From assembly GCA_049517415.1 (NCBI GenBank), contig JBEKSC010000002.1:64001-128000 (forward strand): a DNA stretch of 64,000 nucleotides, given 5' to 3'. Every line of letters begins with the position of its first letter. Position 1 is the stretch's first letter. Source of the stretch: Candidatus Bathyarchaeia archaeon (GTDB taxonomy: Archaea > Thermoproteota > Bathyarchaeia > 40CM-2-53-6). Both the position numbers and the translations under genes were made by a program. Shown one piece after another: positions 20,619 through 30,310 of this stretch. The notes below the pieces were generated by a model that saw nothing but the letters and a program-made list of their open reading frames with translations, did not search any database and was not told the DNA's origin.

Positions 20619-21620
20619 TTGGCTTACGCGTCGAGGCAGACGAGCTACCTAGTCGGCACCATAGGAGTCTTTCTTCAAGTCGTGGGCCTGTGGGGCATGT
20701 ACTCAAACGTTCAGCTCGGAACGAATGAAGCCTCGTGGAACATAGCTCAACTCACGCTCTATGCGGGATTTGCCGTATCGGTTCTGATAATTTGGCGTGG
20801 GCTCCGGGTTCCTAGGATCCAACCCGCCACCACTGTCCCGATTCGATTCGTGAATGTGGCCGGACTAAAGTTGGCGGGTGCAGGGTCAGTGATTGAGATC
20901 GTCGCTCTGGCCTCGAATGAAATTATATTGCATCTCTCCCCCAGTGAACAGTACGTTGCGTTGCCGCTTTCGCTTCTGGCGATTGGCTTGTTGACCGTCA
21001 CGCTTGGGATCGTCATTGGATTAACAATCGAGTATGGGATGATTAGACGCGAAATAATCGCCGCCTCGGCGCTGAAGCGATGGCTGACGCTCATTTCAGT
21101 TATCTTGATGTTCACTTCAATCTGGTTAACTGCATCAGGGATTTTCTTTTACTTGGCGGCTGCTTTCCGAAGTACACTCGTCAACTTGCTAGCCGCGGCC
21201 TTCCTTGGGCTTGTTGCACCGCTTGTTCTGGTTCCCGCGAAGAGGGTGTTTCCGAAAGTTGGGACCGCCATTTCGATTGGCGTCGCATTCAACGCGGTGG
21301 TTTACTTCTTCGTCGTAGTAGTGGCGCATGCTCCGTCCTATGTTCCATGGGGGTTGCTTTCTCTGGCCTTGTTTGACGTTCTGATCTTAGGTTTGAAACG
21401 AATCATGATCATAACAAGGGCTGGGCTTGTCTCGTCGCTGGTAATCGGGGTGCTCTTTTGGGCTACCTATTTTCCGTTCAGTTTGTACTTGTTTCCTTGG
21501 TCGTCTTCACCGCAGCCCCCGCTAGTCGCGGTGGTTCTGGCTAGCCTCGCGGGAGCAACGCTTGGCAACTCGGCCTATGCAGGGCTTACTTCAGTTGTGC
21601 TCGGTGACGTCACGGGTTGA
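20619..21620 (+). CDS. polytopic membrane protein
   Basis: about 10 hydrophobic segments; no family recognised. Confidence 0.75.
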   Translation: MAYASRQTSYLVGTIGVFLQVVGLWGMYSNVQLGTNEASWNIAQLTLYAGFAVSVLIIWRGLRVPRIQPATTVPIRFVNVAGLKLAGAGSVIEIVALASNEIILHLSPSEQYVALPLSLLAIGLLTVTLGIVIGLTIEYGMIRREIIAASALKRWLTLISVILMFTSIWLTASGIFFYLAAAFRSTLVNLLAAAFLGLVAPLVLVPAKRVFPKVGTAISIGVAFNAVVYFFVVVVAHAPSYVPWGLLSLALFDVLILGLKRIMIITRAGLVSSLVIGVLFWATYFPFSLYLFPWSSSPQPPLVAVVLASLAGATLGNSAYAGLTSVVLGDVTG

Positions 21621-21627
21621 CTAGGTT

Positions 21628-22299
21628 CTACTTTCTCTTGTTTACGTAAATGCCGTTGGCAACGTCCAAGCTGAGTGGGTACGAGTTTGACCCTACCTTA
21701 ACCAGCATTGGGCCCTTGAATGGGGCCTTCTCCTCAACCTTTACCTCAACACCCGGAAGCATACCTAAGTTGGCAAGGTAGCGTAGCAGTTCCGTGTTCT
21801 CGTCGGGGATCTCGCTTACGACACCATGTTGACCTGCGCCGAGGTTGGATAACGCTTCGCTTTTTGAAGGTGAGAGGTACCCTTTCTCATCTGGGATTGG
21901 ATTCCCGTGCGGGCAGGTTTCGGGATTACCAAGCGTCTTTTCAATGGAGTTAGCTAGGGTGTCGCTTACTGCATGTTCAAGCTTGCAAGCTTCATCGTGC
22001 GACTCAGCCCAATCGTAATGCAAAACATCCGTTAGTAATCTCTCTGCGAGCCTGTGCCGCCTGAACACTGAGAGGGCTAGGCTTCTTCCCTGTCCCGTTA
22101 ACTTGACACCCTTGTACGGTTCCCGTTCAACGAAACCTTTCCCTTCCAGAACTTCCAGGGTGTTCGTTACGCTTCCAGGCGTAATGTTCAGTAATTTGGC
22201 GATGTCTCCGGTTCGTGCGGCTCCCGTCTTCGCTTCCAGGTTATAGATGGTCTTCAGGTACATTTCAGGGGCAACTGAGAATTCGTGACTCAAAGGCAA
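21628..22299 (-). CDS. DtxR/MntR family metal-dependent regulator with FeoA domain
   Basis: EMYLKTIY, RRHRLAERLL, EACKLEH, CPHGNPIP, C-terminal FeoA. Confidence 0.94.
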   Translation of the reverse strand: MPLSHEFSVAPEMYLKTIYNLEAKTGAARTGDIAKLLNITPGSVTNTLEVLEGKGFVEREPYKGVKLTGQGRSLALSVFRRHRLAERLLTDVLHYDWAESHDEACKLEHAVSDTLANSIEKTLGNPETCPHGNPIPDEKGYLSPSKSEALSNLGAGQHGVVSEIPDENTELLRYLANLGMLPGVEVKVEEKAPFKGPMLVKVGSNSYPLSLDVANGIYVNKRK

Positions 22300-22433
22300 A
22301 ACCTAACTTGACTTTTGTTTCTCGTATCCATGAATAAGTCTACTCGAAGAAAGATTCTTGGCATTTAGTATAAGTGCTGTATGGGCGGATAAAACAAGTC
22401 TAAATACGGTACAAACATGGGCGTGAAGAGTCC

Positions 22434-23072
22434 ATGGCTGGTAAGAAACCTGGCAAGAAACCTTTCGGAAGGGACGGCCCACCGAAAGGGTACCCAAAGG
22501 ACCAAGCCGTCTACGCTGACCCTGAGAACTGGCGGTACCCCCTACATACCCCTTGGCACGCGAAACCCGCACGCCGCTATTTCGACGATTATTCAAACCG
22601 GCGCAAGTATGCCCAGGAAGAGCAGGCGTACATCGATTCGCGGATCAACCAGGCTTTGGAGAAATTCGGAAAATCAGCTTCATCAACAAGCGGAAGACGC
22701 CCCCCACCGAAAGTGCCTTCCCGCAAGGTCGAAGAGTTATCACTAGACCAACTCCTTCGATTGTTCTTGGGCGCAGCGCGGCTCCAGCGTGCCAAGGAGA
22801 TGGATGATTCGCTCGTCTCAGTTTCTGCTTTGACACCTGATCATGTTGGAGGCAAGGTGAAGGACTACGTAGTTGAGATAGACCTCAAGAAACGAACGAT
22901 TATGCATAACTGCGAGGATTGGCGGAAGAATTTGGATTCAAAGAACATGTGCAAACACCTCGGCAAGTTTCTACTAACATTGGACGAGAAGAGGGCGACG
23001 GACTTGTTGAGGGAGTTGTTGGTCGACAAGAATCAGTGGACATTCGCCGCGCCGGCGATCGCATCTGTTTGA
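22434..23072 (+). CDS. hypothetical protein with a DUF6582-like N-terminus and a SWIM zinc finger
   Basis: WRYPLHTPWHAK.ARRYF; HNCEDW...MCKHL. Confidence 0.65.
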   Translation: MAGKKPGKKPFGRDGPPKGYPKDQAVYADPENWRYPLHTPWHAKPARRYFDDYSNRRKYAQEEQAYIDSRINQALEKFGKSASSTSGRRPPPKVPSRKVEELSLDQLLRLFLGAARLQRAKEMDDSLVSVSALTPDHVGGKVKDYVVEIDLKKRTIMHNCEDWRKNLDSKNMCKHLGKFLLTLDEKRATDLLRELLVDKNQWTFAAPAIASV

Positions 23073-23075
23073 TTA

Positions 23076-24338
23076 TTAGCGCGCTAGCCTCTTCAACATC
23101 GCCAAGATTTCGTAGCCATGCTTAATCATTCCCAAATTTCCTTTCCTTCCATAAGTCTCCGTGAATCGCACTGAACCATCCGATTTGACGTTCAACCCTG
23201 TTACGAGGATTGGCACTGGGTCATCGCTATGCCCCTTCTTGATGCATGGGGTAGAATGGTCCGCTGTGACGCATAACAATTTTGAACCCAGTTCAAGCCC
23301 CGCGAAGAAACCTGCGTCAATATCTTCAATCGACTTCGTCTTTCCATCGAAGTCTCCGTCATGCCCAGGTTCATCAGGGCCTTTGAGATGTACGTAGACT
23401 AGGTCGTATTTGGCGGCGAGTTCCAAGGCCTTCTTTACTCGTTGAGAGTAACCTTCAAGCGACCGGTCGGGTGGGAATACTTCCGCGTCCATTCCTATCA
23501 CTTTCGCGATCCCTAGCTCTACGGGCATATCTGCCACCGCTACTGACTTGAACCCAAATTTCTCCCGGAGCGTTTTCACTTTAGGCGTCTTGGTTCCGGC
23601 ATCACGCATTAAGAGAAAGTTGGCGGGCATGTCCCCGCGATTCCTTCGTTCGATATTGACCGGGTGATCCCTCAGGAGATCGTAGACTTGTGCTGCGAAT
23701 TGGTTTAGCAGTTGAGCCGTCTCGGCCGCTGGTTTCGTTTTCTTTAGCGGAACGCATTTGGGGATGGGGATTGGTAGCGTGACGCCGGATAACGCAATCG
23801 TAACGTTACCTTTGCGAGAGTAAGCTGGGTCCAGGTTGGAAACAGCGCCTGAGAAATGATTTCGAGCGCTGTGGAAGACGAGTGCACAGCGATGCCCAAT
23901 TGTTGCCTTAAGCTCGAAATCAGCTAGAGCCCTCAGTTTCGAGTCTTTGTTGACAGCATCTACGAGTTCCCGTGCCTCATCGGTGGAAACGTTTCTGCCC
24001 GCACGTCGGTCGATAATCTGCCCGTCTTGGACGGTGGCAAAGTTGCACCGTAAGGCAAGGTCTCCGGTCTTGAAATCCAGCCCTGAGCCTAGCGCTTCAA
24101 CAACGCCCCTTGAAAGGTCAAGTTTGGACGGGTCGTAGCTGAGTAAGGAGAAAACCCCCGCATCACTCTCCGGCGCAATTCCCCGTTTCACCGTGTAAAC
24201 GGTACCCATCATTCCCTTCGCAGTGAAATTGTCGAAGTGAGGAGTTGCCGCCGCTTCAAGGGGTGTCTGATTTCCGCGTTCCGGGAAGGGTAGGTCGCCC
24301 ACACCGTCCAGGATGACGTAGATTATCGGATTACGCAA
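23076..24338 (-). CDS. apgM: 2,3-bisphosphoglycerate-independent phosphoglycerate mutase (archaeal type)
   Basis: ILDGVGD, TPLEAA, PESD, RCNFAT, HLKGPDEPGHDG, TADHSTP, HSDDPVP; likely TTG start at 24338. Confidence 0.93.
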   Translation of the reverse strand: MRNPIIYVILDGVGDLPFPERGNQTPLEAAATPHFDNFTAKGMMGTVYTVKRGIAPESDAGVFSLLSYDPSKLDLSRGVVEALGSGLDFKTGDLALRCNFATVQDGQIIDRRAGRNVSTDEARELVDAVNKDSKLRALADFELKATIGHRCALVFHSARNHFSGAVSNLDPAYSRKGNVTIALSGVTLPIPIPKCVPLKKTKPAAETAQLLNQFAAQVYDLLRDHPVNIERRNRGDMPANFLLMRDAGTKTPKVKTLREKFGFKSVAVADMPVELGIAKVIGMDAEVFPPDRSLEGYSQRVKKALELAAKYDLVYVHLKGPDEPGHDGDFDGKTKSIEDIDAGFFAGLELGSKLLCVTADHSTPCIKKGHSDDPVPILVTGLNVKSDGSVRFTETYGRKGNLGMIKHGYEILAMLKRLAR

Positions 24339-24412
24339 GTCCAGGCCACTCGGCCGTAAACGTGACGCCCTCAATATATTGATTAGAGCTGGGAACTGCA
24401 TGTCGTGACGAA

Positions 24413-25846
24413 GTGTTCACGATGGATTCGGAGAAAACGAAGACCAAGATTGTTTGCACCATAGGCCCTTCAACGTCTTCGAAGGCGATGCTCCGACGAT
24501 TGACGCGTGCGGGAATGAATGTTGCTAGGCTGAACCTATCCCACGGAACGTTAGACGAGCACGCTGCCCGAATTCGCTTGATTCGTGCGGTTTCGAGGGA
24601 GTTGAAGACCTCCCTTGGAATATTGCTCGACTTGCCGGGGCCTAAGATTAGGGTTGGCAGGATATTCCCGGAGCCTGTGGAGCTACGGGAGGGTGCGCAA
24701 CTCATTCTCACGTCGAGGAGGGTTGTTGGCAATCAAAGGATGGTATCGATTAGCCATCCATCAATCCTGAAGCAGCTTAGGAAAGGCGACCGAGTTTTCC
24801 TTGAAGACGGCATAGTCGAGCTCACCGTTATCCAGGCGAACAAGGACCAAGCCACCTGCCAGATTGTGAGGGGGGGCCACATCTCCTCGGGAAAGGGAGT
24901 CAATTTACCCGGAAAGAAGTTGAGACTTGGCGCCCTAACCAAGCAGGACATTAGCCTCCTCAAATTCGCCGTTCAAAATCGGGTGGACTTTGCCGCCTTA
25001 TCATTCGTAACAACTGCTGCTGAAGTTGCCAAAGCCAAACGAATTGTGAAAGACGCTGGTTCCAAGGCATGGATCATAGCAAAAATCGAAAAACGCCAAG
25101 CGGTCGACAACTTTGATGAAATTGTGCAGAAGGCACATGGCATAATGGTCGCTCGGGGAGACCTTGGCGTCGAGATGGAGATTGAGGAGATCCCCACCCT
25201 TCAAAAGGAAATAATCACCAAGGCTAACGCAGCCGGAAAACCTGTGATCACAGCCACCCAAATGCTGGAATCCATGGTCAATAACCCCGTACCAACACGC
25301 GCGGAAGTAACCGACATCGCGAACGCAATAATCGATGGAACGGACGCGATTATGCTTTCAGAGGAAACTGCAGTTGGAAGCTATCCTGTTGAGGCCGTGA
25401 ACGTGATGAAGCGAGTTGCCTCCGCCACGGAAAAGAACCTGCCCTACAGCGCGCTTCTCGACAGTAGGAGCGAGCACCTGAGACCAATCGTTCAAGATTT
25501 GATCAGTTACTCAGCTTGCTTAGTTGCATACCGAGTGGACGCAGGTTGCATAGTGGCCCATACAAGAACCGGCCTCACGGCACATAGAGTGTCCAAGTTC
25601 CGGTCACCCGTTCCCATCATTGCCCTGACAAACAACGTCCCAATAATGAACAGACTTTCAGTGCTCTGGGGCGTGTACCCCTACCGCGTGAAGAAGCTCT
25701 CGACCACGGCTGAGATATTCTCCGCTGCGAAGATCGCAGCCAGGCATAGCGGGACAGTTAGCGAGAACGGCAAGATAGTTGTGGTTTGCGGAGACCCATC
25801 CACACCAGGGGGAACTACAGACCTGCTTCGAGTCCAGACGGTCTAG
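24413..25846 (+). CDS. pyk: pyruvate kinase
   Basis: TKIVCTIGP, ARLNLSHG, IMVARGDLG, ATQMLESM, PTRAE, MLSEETA. Confidence 0.97.
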   Translation: MFTMDSEKTKTKIVCTIGPSTSSKAMLRRLTRAGMNVARLNLSHGTLDEHAARIRLIRAVSRELKTSLGILLDLPGPKIRVGRIFPEPVELREGAQLILTSRRVVGNQRMVSISHPSILKQLRKGDRVFLEDGIVELTVIQANKDQATCQIVRGGHISSGKGVNLPGKKLRLGALTKQDISLLKFAVQNRVDFAALSFVTTAAEVAKAKRIVKDAGSKAWIIAKIEKRQAVDNFDEIVQKAHGIMVARGDLGVEMEIEEIPTLQKEIITKANAAGKPVITATQMLESMVNNPVPTRAEVTDIANAIIDGTDAIMLSEETAVGSYPVEAVNVMKRVASATEKNLPYSALLDSRSEHLRPIVQDLISYSACLVAYRVDAGCIVAHTRTGLTAHRVSKFRSPVPIIALTNNVPIMNRLSVLWGVYPYRVKKLSTTAEIFSAAKIAARHSGTVSENGKIVVVCGDPSTPGGTTDLLRVQTV

Positions 25847-26055
25847 GGACCTTCTTTGGTTATACGCGTAACTGAACGGTCAAGCTCTTTGGTAGATTTC
25901 TCTCTTAGGATAGCCAAATGCAGGTCTACGGCGCGTTCAAAATTCTGCCTTGCATCCTTCAGAGTCGTCCCAACCGAGTAGCCACCTAGTGTAGAGCGTG
26001 CCATAGCGTAAGTTCCATTATCTTCTAGCATGATTTCTGTCCTAGCATCTTTCAA
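25843..26055 (-). CDS. HicB-like antitoxin (orphan)
   Basis: EDNGTY.A.S..LGG.SVGTTLKDARQNF..AV.LHL. Confidence 0.6.
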   Translation of the reverse strand: MKDARTEIMLEDNGTYAMARSTLGGYSVGTTLKDARQNFERAVDLHLAILREKSTKELDRSVTRITKEGP

Positions 26056-26133
26056 TCAACTAGTAAAGAATGTGCCCAGACTCCAGCTTGATTTTAATTC
26101 CACAGTACTCATCTTGATGGTAAGCGAACGAGT

Positions 26134-26304
26134 TTGCCTTCGAACCAGTTGAAGCCTGAGGAGAGGGTGGCTGTAGCAGTTGGGATGGTGGATTGTGTTA
26201 CCCAGGTTTGTATTGACAGCATTAGAGAAAAGGAGTCCCGTATTTCAGATGCGCAGCTGATTCGCATCCTCCGCCGTAGATTTCGAGCAGGCCGAAGATC
26301 CTAG
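26134..26304 (+). CDS. small putative antitoxin/partner of the downstream nucleotidyltransferase
   Basis: manual translation LPSNQLKPEERVAVAVGMVD...DAQLIRILRRRF, directly upstream of the NTase gene. Confidence 0.55.
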   Translation: MPSNQLKPEERVAVAVGMVDCVTQVCIDSIREKESRISDAQLIRILRRRFRAGRRS

Positions 26305-26319
26305 AATGGTGTGTAGACT

Positions 26320-26928
26320 CTGGATAACTTCTCAGAGTTTGTCAGGAGAGTAGTTAGGACGCTCAACCGGAGCGGAGTACAGTACATGCTCACAGGAGCA
26401 TTAGCATCAAGCTACTACGGCCGTCCGAGAACTACGGTAGACTTGGATGTGGTAGTCGATACTAACGAAGATGAACTTACCGGATTGGCGAAAGTTTTCA
26501 CAAGTGCAGGTCTCAGAGTCCAAGTTCAAAAGCTGGAAGCAACTTGGCGTTCAGAGTACAGGATCATCACCATTGAAGATACCAAAAGTCCACACCACTT
26601 GGACGTAATATTCACCGATCAGAAACTTGAGAGGAAGGCAGCTCGTATTCTAGGGTTGCCAACATACTGCCAAACTGCGGAGTCACTGATACTTGCGAAA
26701 CTAAGAATGATCAAGGCCACCGTCCAGGTGGAGAGAGCCGCCACAGACCGCAATGATATCAGAGCGATCCTCGAGAATACCCATATCAACTTGAGAGGAC
26801 TGCGAAGGAAGGCCAAGAAGGAAAGTACTGCGAAGATTCTCGAAGCTTTGCTGCAGGAAGAGAGCATGTTTAGCACGATGCAAGGAACTTCTCTGAGAGA
26901 CATAAGAGACCACAGGGACCGGGTCTGA
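26320..26928 (+). CDS. Pol-beta-superfamily nucleotidyltransferase (DUF6036/AbiEii-like)
   Basis: YMLTGALASSYYGRPRTTVDLD, ESLILAKL, DRND; frame open upstream of the ATG at 26386 to a CTG at 26320. Confidence 0.8.
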   Translation: MDNFSEFVRRVVRTLNRSGVQYMLTGALASSYYGRPRTTVDLDVVVDTNEDELTGLAKVFTSAGLRVQVQKLEATWRSEYRIITIEDTKSPHHLDVIFTDQKLERKAARILGLPTYCQTAESLILAKLRMIKATVQVERAATDRNDIRAILENTHINLRGLRRKAKKESTAKILEALLQEESMFSTMQGTSLRDIRDHRDRV

Positions 26929-27061
26929 GGCAAATCGTAGAGCCGTATCGGTGACCGGAGATGCGTATTCTACGGCAGGTTTATGCTAGGGCCATTCGCA
27001 ATTCCTACTGAGAAATAGTTCAGATGGATTTCCATTCAAGCAGGCATCGGGGTGCGTCGGA

Positions 27062-28138
27062 GTGGGAGCCTTGACTGTGGGCAAAGAGGCGATACTCTAC
27101 CAGCAGCTGCCTGGTGGCCGGGTTAGATGCACGGCCTGCGCCCGATACTGCAACATTCCGGAAGGAAAGATAGGCCTCTGCGGAATCCGAGGAAACACAA
27201 ACGGAAAGCTCTGGCTCTACGTCTACGGCAAAATCATAGCCGGCCACGTAGACCCAATCGAAAAGAAGCCCGTGACCCACTACATGCCTGGAACTAAGAT
27301 ATTCTCAATCGCTACGACAGGTTGCAATTGGCTCTGCTCCTACTGTCAGAACAGTGACATTAGTCAGCGGCGGAAAATCGAGGGTATAGATGCAACGCCC
27401 GAAACCGTCGTGGAGATGACTAAGCGTTATCGTTGTGAGGGATTGGCGTATACTTACAATGAGCCGTCGATTTTCATTGAGTTTGCGCATGATATTGGAG
27501 TTCAGGCGCGGAAGGCGGGGCTCATCAACATCTTCGTCTCGAACGGGTACGATACGCCCGATACTGTTGGTTTGATGCGAGATTTCTTGGATTGCATAAC
27601 GGTTGACTTCAAAGGCAGCGGTGAGACCGGCTTCGTGCGGAAGTATATCGGTATCGCCAACGCAGACCCAATCTTGCAGACTCTGCTGGAGATTCGTGAT
27701 AGGACCAAGGTTCACATTGAGATCACGGACCTAATTGTTCCAGAGGTTGGGGACGACTTGGGGGCTGCTAAGAGGCTGTCTTCATGGGTCTATGATAACT
27801 TGGGCCCTGATACGCCGATTCACTTTCTTCGATTCCACCCAGATTACAAGATGATGAACTTGCCAGCAACCCCAGTCGGAACCTTGGTGAAGCATCACGC
27901 AGTCGCCAAGGAGGTAGGGTTGAATTACGTTTACCTTGGCAATGTGCCGGGGCATCCGCTAGAACACACATACTGCCCAGAATGCGGGAAGGTTGTTGTC
28001 GAACGTTTAGGTTTCGACATTACGGGATGGCATATGGACGACCAGAACCGGTGCAAGCATTGTGGAAACGAGATCCCAATCGTTGGCCATTTGAGTAAGT
28101 CGATAAACGAAGAACGCTTCATACCCATAATAATGTAA
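27062..28138 (+). CDS. amrS: AmmeMemoRadiSam system radical SAM enzyme
   Basis: CTACARYC, DPIEKKP, GCNWLCSYCQN, AYTYNEP, RFHPDY, YVYLGNVPG, CPECG. Confidence 0.9.
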   Translation: MGALTVGKEAILYQQLPGGRVRCTACARYCNIPEGKIGLCGIRGNTNGKLWLYVYGKIIAGHVDPIEKKPVTHYMPGTKIFSIATTGCNWLCSYCQNSDISQRRKIEGIDATPETVVEMTKRYRCEGLAYTYNEPSIFIEFAHDIGVQARKAGLINIFVSNGYDTPDTVGLMRDFLDCITVDFKGSGETGFVRKYIGIANADPILQTLLEIRDRTKVHIEITDLIVPEVGDDLGAAKRLSSWVYDNLGPDTPIHFLRFHPDYKMMNLPATPVGTLVKHHAVAKEVGLNYVYLGNVPGHPLEHTYCPECGKVVVERLGFDITGWHMDDQNRCKHCGNEIPIVGHLSKSINEERFIPIIM

Positions 28139-28178
28139 GAAGGCCTCGAACTACGAGACCGCTCCACCCCCACCGCGC

Positions 28179-29147
28179 TTAGAATTTGATTTCAATTCCG
28201 GCATTTTCGCGTAGAGCGGATTTGTATATCGTATTAGCGGCGGCCACATCTTCCACGGCTATGCCGACAGACTTGAACAACGTTATCTGTTGAGCAGTTG
28301 TTCGTCCAGCTTTTTTACCAGCAATTACCTCTCCGATTTCCCCGCTAATTTCATCTACCTTGTAACCTCTCGACATAGCTTCAATCAGGTCGCCGGACTC
28401 TTTAGTAGCTTGTTCAATCGAATCCACGAAGACCTTAGACCTTCGAAACAATGCTACGTCAAGTTCATGTCGAGAGGGCATGTTGGACCCGATTGCATTA
28501 ATGTGCGTCCCCGGGTTTGCCGCGGAGGCTTCGAAGAGAGCCTGAGTTGAGGTTGTAGCAGTTATTAGAAGATCAGCATTCTGCACAACTTCATCGGGGG
28601 ATTCAGCAACCTCAAGGGCCACTTTGAATCGGTCGAGAGCTATTGTGCGCGCCTTCTCCGCTTGCTCGCGCTTCACATCGTATACGTACCCGCTCTGAAT
28701 TCTGAGAACATGGCTAATTGCCTCAAGCTGTCCGAGTCCCTGCACGCCGGCCCCCAGCAATCCTAAGTTCCTTGAGTCTTTACGAGCCAAGTACTTCGTG
28801 GCCACGGCGGATGCTGCACCAGTTCTAAGTTGAGTAAGCCTGTTAGCACTCATCACGCATAACAGAGACCCATCTTGGTCGAATAGCATAACGACAAAAT
28901 AGGTTCCTTCAACCGCTCTCTTACCTGCGCTTCCTGTGAGTACCTTCAAGCCAGCCGTATTCAATTCTGGTAACGCAGCGAGCATGACGCGAAGCGTACC
29001 GGGTGTTCCGGGACGGTCCATCTGGTATCTCGGCGGCATTAATGTCGTCTTTTCACTGTATTGTTTGAGCGCCATCTCAACATCAGCAATTATCGAGTCT
29101 AAACTGGCTAGTTTCGATACGGCCTTCTCGTCTAGTATTAGGACCAA
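28179..29147 (-). CDS. ornithine cyclodeaminase / mu-crystallin family reductase
   Basis: LTQLRTGAASAVA, GAGVQG, HINAIGS, LFKSVGIAVED. Confidence 0.9.
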   Translation of the reverse strand: MVLILDEKAVSKLASLDSIIADVEMALKQYSEKTTLMPPRYQMDRPGTPGTLRVMLAALPELNTAGLKVLTGSAGKRAVEGTYFVVMLFDQDGSLLCVMSANRLTQLRTGAASAVATKYLARKDSRNLGLLGAGVQGLGQLEAISHVLRIQSGYVYDVKREQAEKARTIALDRFKVALEVAESPDEVVQNADLLITATTSTQALFEASAANPGTHINAIGSNMPSRHELDVALFRRSKVFVDSIEQATKESGDLIEAMSRGYKVDEISGEIGEVIAGKKAGRTTAQQITLFKSVGIAVEDVAAANTIYKSALRENAGIEIKF

Positions 29148-29270
29148 ACTGGACCCCTAAACCGGACGCTTAGCCAAGGGCTCCATCCTTTAACGCTTTG
29201 GGCACTCGAAACCAACGGAAGTAATTATTAGCCGACGCCGTTAAGGCGAAAAACCTGAAGGGAAACATGC

Positions 29271-30209
29271 ATGGCCGCGAAACTACACGGTATGTGCGCC
29301 ATCTTGGCGACGCCATTCGATCCTCAAAAGAAGATTGATGAGAAAAGCCTTAGGTCGTTAATTGATTTTGAACTAAAGGCAGGCGTCCATGGCGTAACCA
29401 TCCTAGGGCTTCTGGGGGAGGTGTTACGACTGTCTGATGTTGAGAGAAGTGAAATCACAAGGATAGTAGTAAATGAAGTTCGCGGGCGTGTCCCCGTGGT
29501 GTCCGGAACAGGCGCATCGGGTACTGATCTCGCAATAATCTACAGCAAAGAAGCGGAAAAACTTGGCGTTGACGCCGTTATGATTGCCCCACCTAGGTTA
29601 GCCAAACAGAATGACGATGCACTCGTCAATTATTACAGTGAGATTGCAAAAGAAATCAGCATCCCAATAGTCGTGCAAGACGAACCGATGACATACGCAG
29701 TTCACATGTCACCCAAGCTGATCGCTCGTTTCTCCGAGATTGGGGGAATTGACTACATCAAATTGGAAGACCCGCCAACGCCAATCAAAATATCTCAAAT
29801 TCGAAGCTTAACCGATGACCGTTTAGGAATTTTCGGAGGCCTTGGTGGACTATACGCGTTTGAAGAGCTTTCTAGAGGGGCCGTTGGTGTTATGACTGGT
29901 TTCGCCTACCCCGAAGTACTCGTGAGCGTCTGCGAAGCCTTCTCAAGAGGAAAACGCGAAGTTGCACGCGACCTATTCTACCGCGCTCTCCCCTTGATTA
30001 GGTACGAAGCCCAACCAATGGTTAGTCTTGCAATCAGAAAGGAGATCTACAGAAGACGCGGCTCAATCAAAGACTCAATAATGCGTGACCCAGCAACTAA
30101 ACTGGACCAAGAAAGTTTCAAAGAAATTGACGAACTATTGGCTGGAATTAACATAGACGAGCTACTGGCAACATGCAAGAAAGTAGCAACCGGTAAAACC
30201 AGCGCTTAA
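29271..30209 (+). CDS. dihydrodipicolinate synthase family aldolase/dehydratase
   Basis: ATPF, LGLLGE, IVVQD, YIKLED, GVMTG. Confidence 0.88.
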   Translation: MAAKLHGMCAILATPFDPQKKIDEKSLRSLIDFELKAGVHGVTILGLLGEVLRLSDVERSEITRIVVNEVRGRVPVVSGTGASGTDLAIIYSKEAEKLGVDAVMIAPPRLAKQNDDALVNYYSEIAKEISIPIVVQDEPMTYAVHMSPKLIARFSEIGGIDYIKLEDPPTPIKISQIRSLTDDRLGIFGGLGGLYAFEELSRGAVGVMTGFAYPEVLVSVCEAFSRGKREVARDLFYRALPLIRYEAQPMVSLAIRKEIYRRRGSIKDSIMRDPATKLDQESFKEIDELLAGINIDELLATCKKVATGKTSA

Positions 30210-30310
30210 GGGCTGAAGCCTCTCACTTGAAATCGAACAGAGGCTGCGCAAAACGGCGCGTTTTCGTTCTAACGAAAAGCAATTTACATTCACAGCACAA
30301 GCATTAGCCT

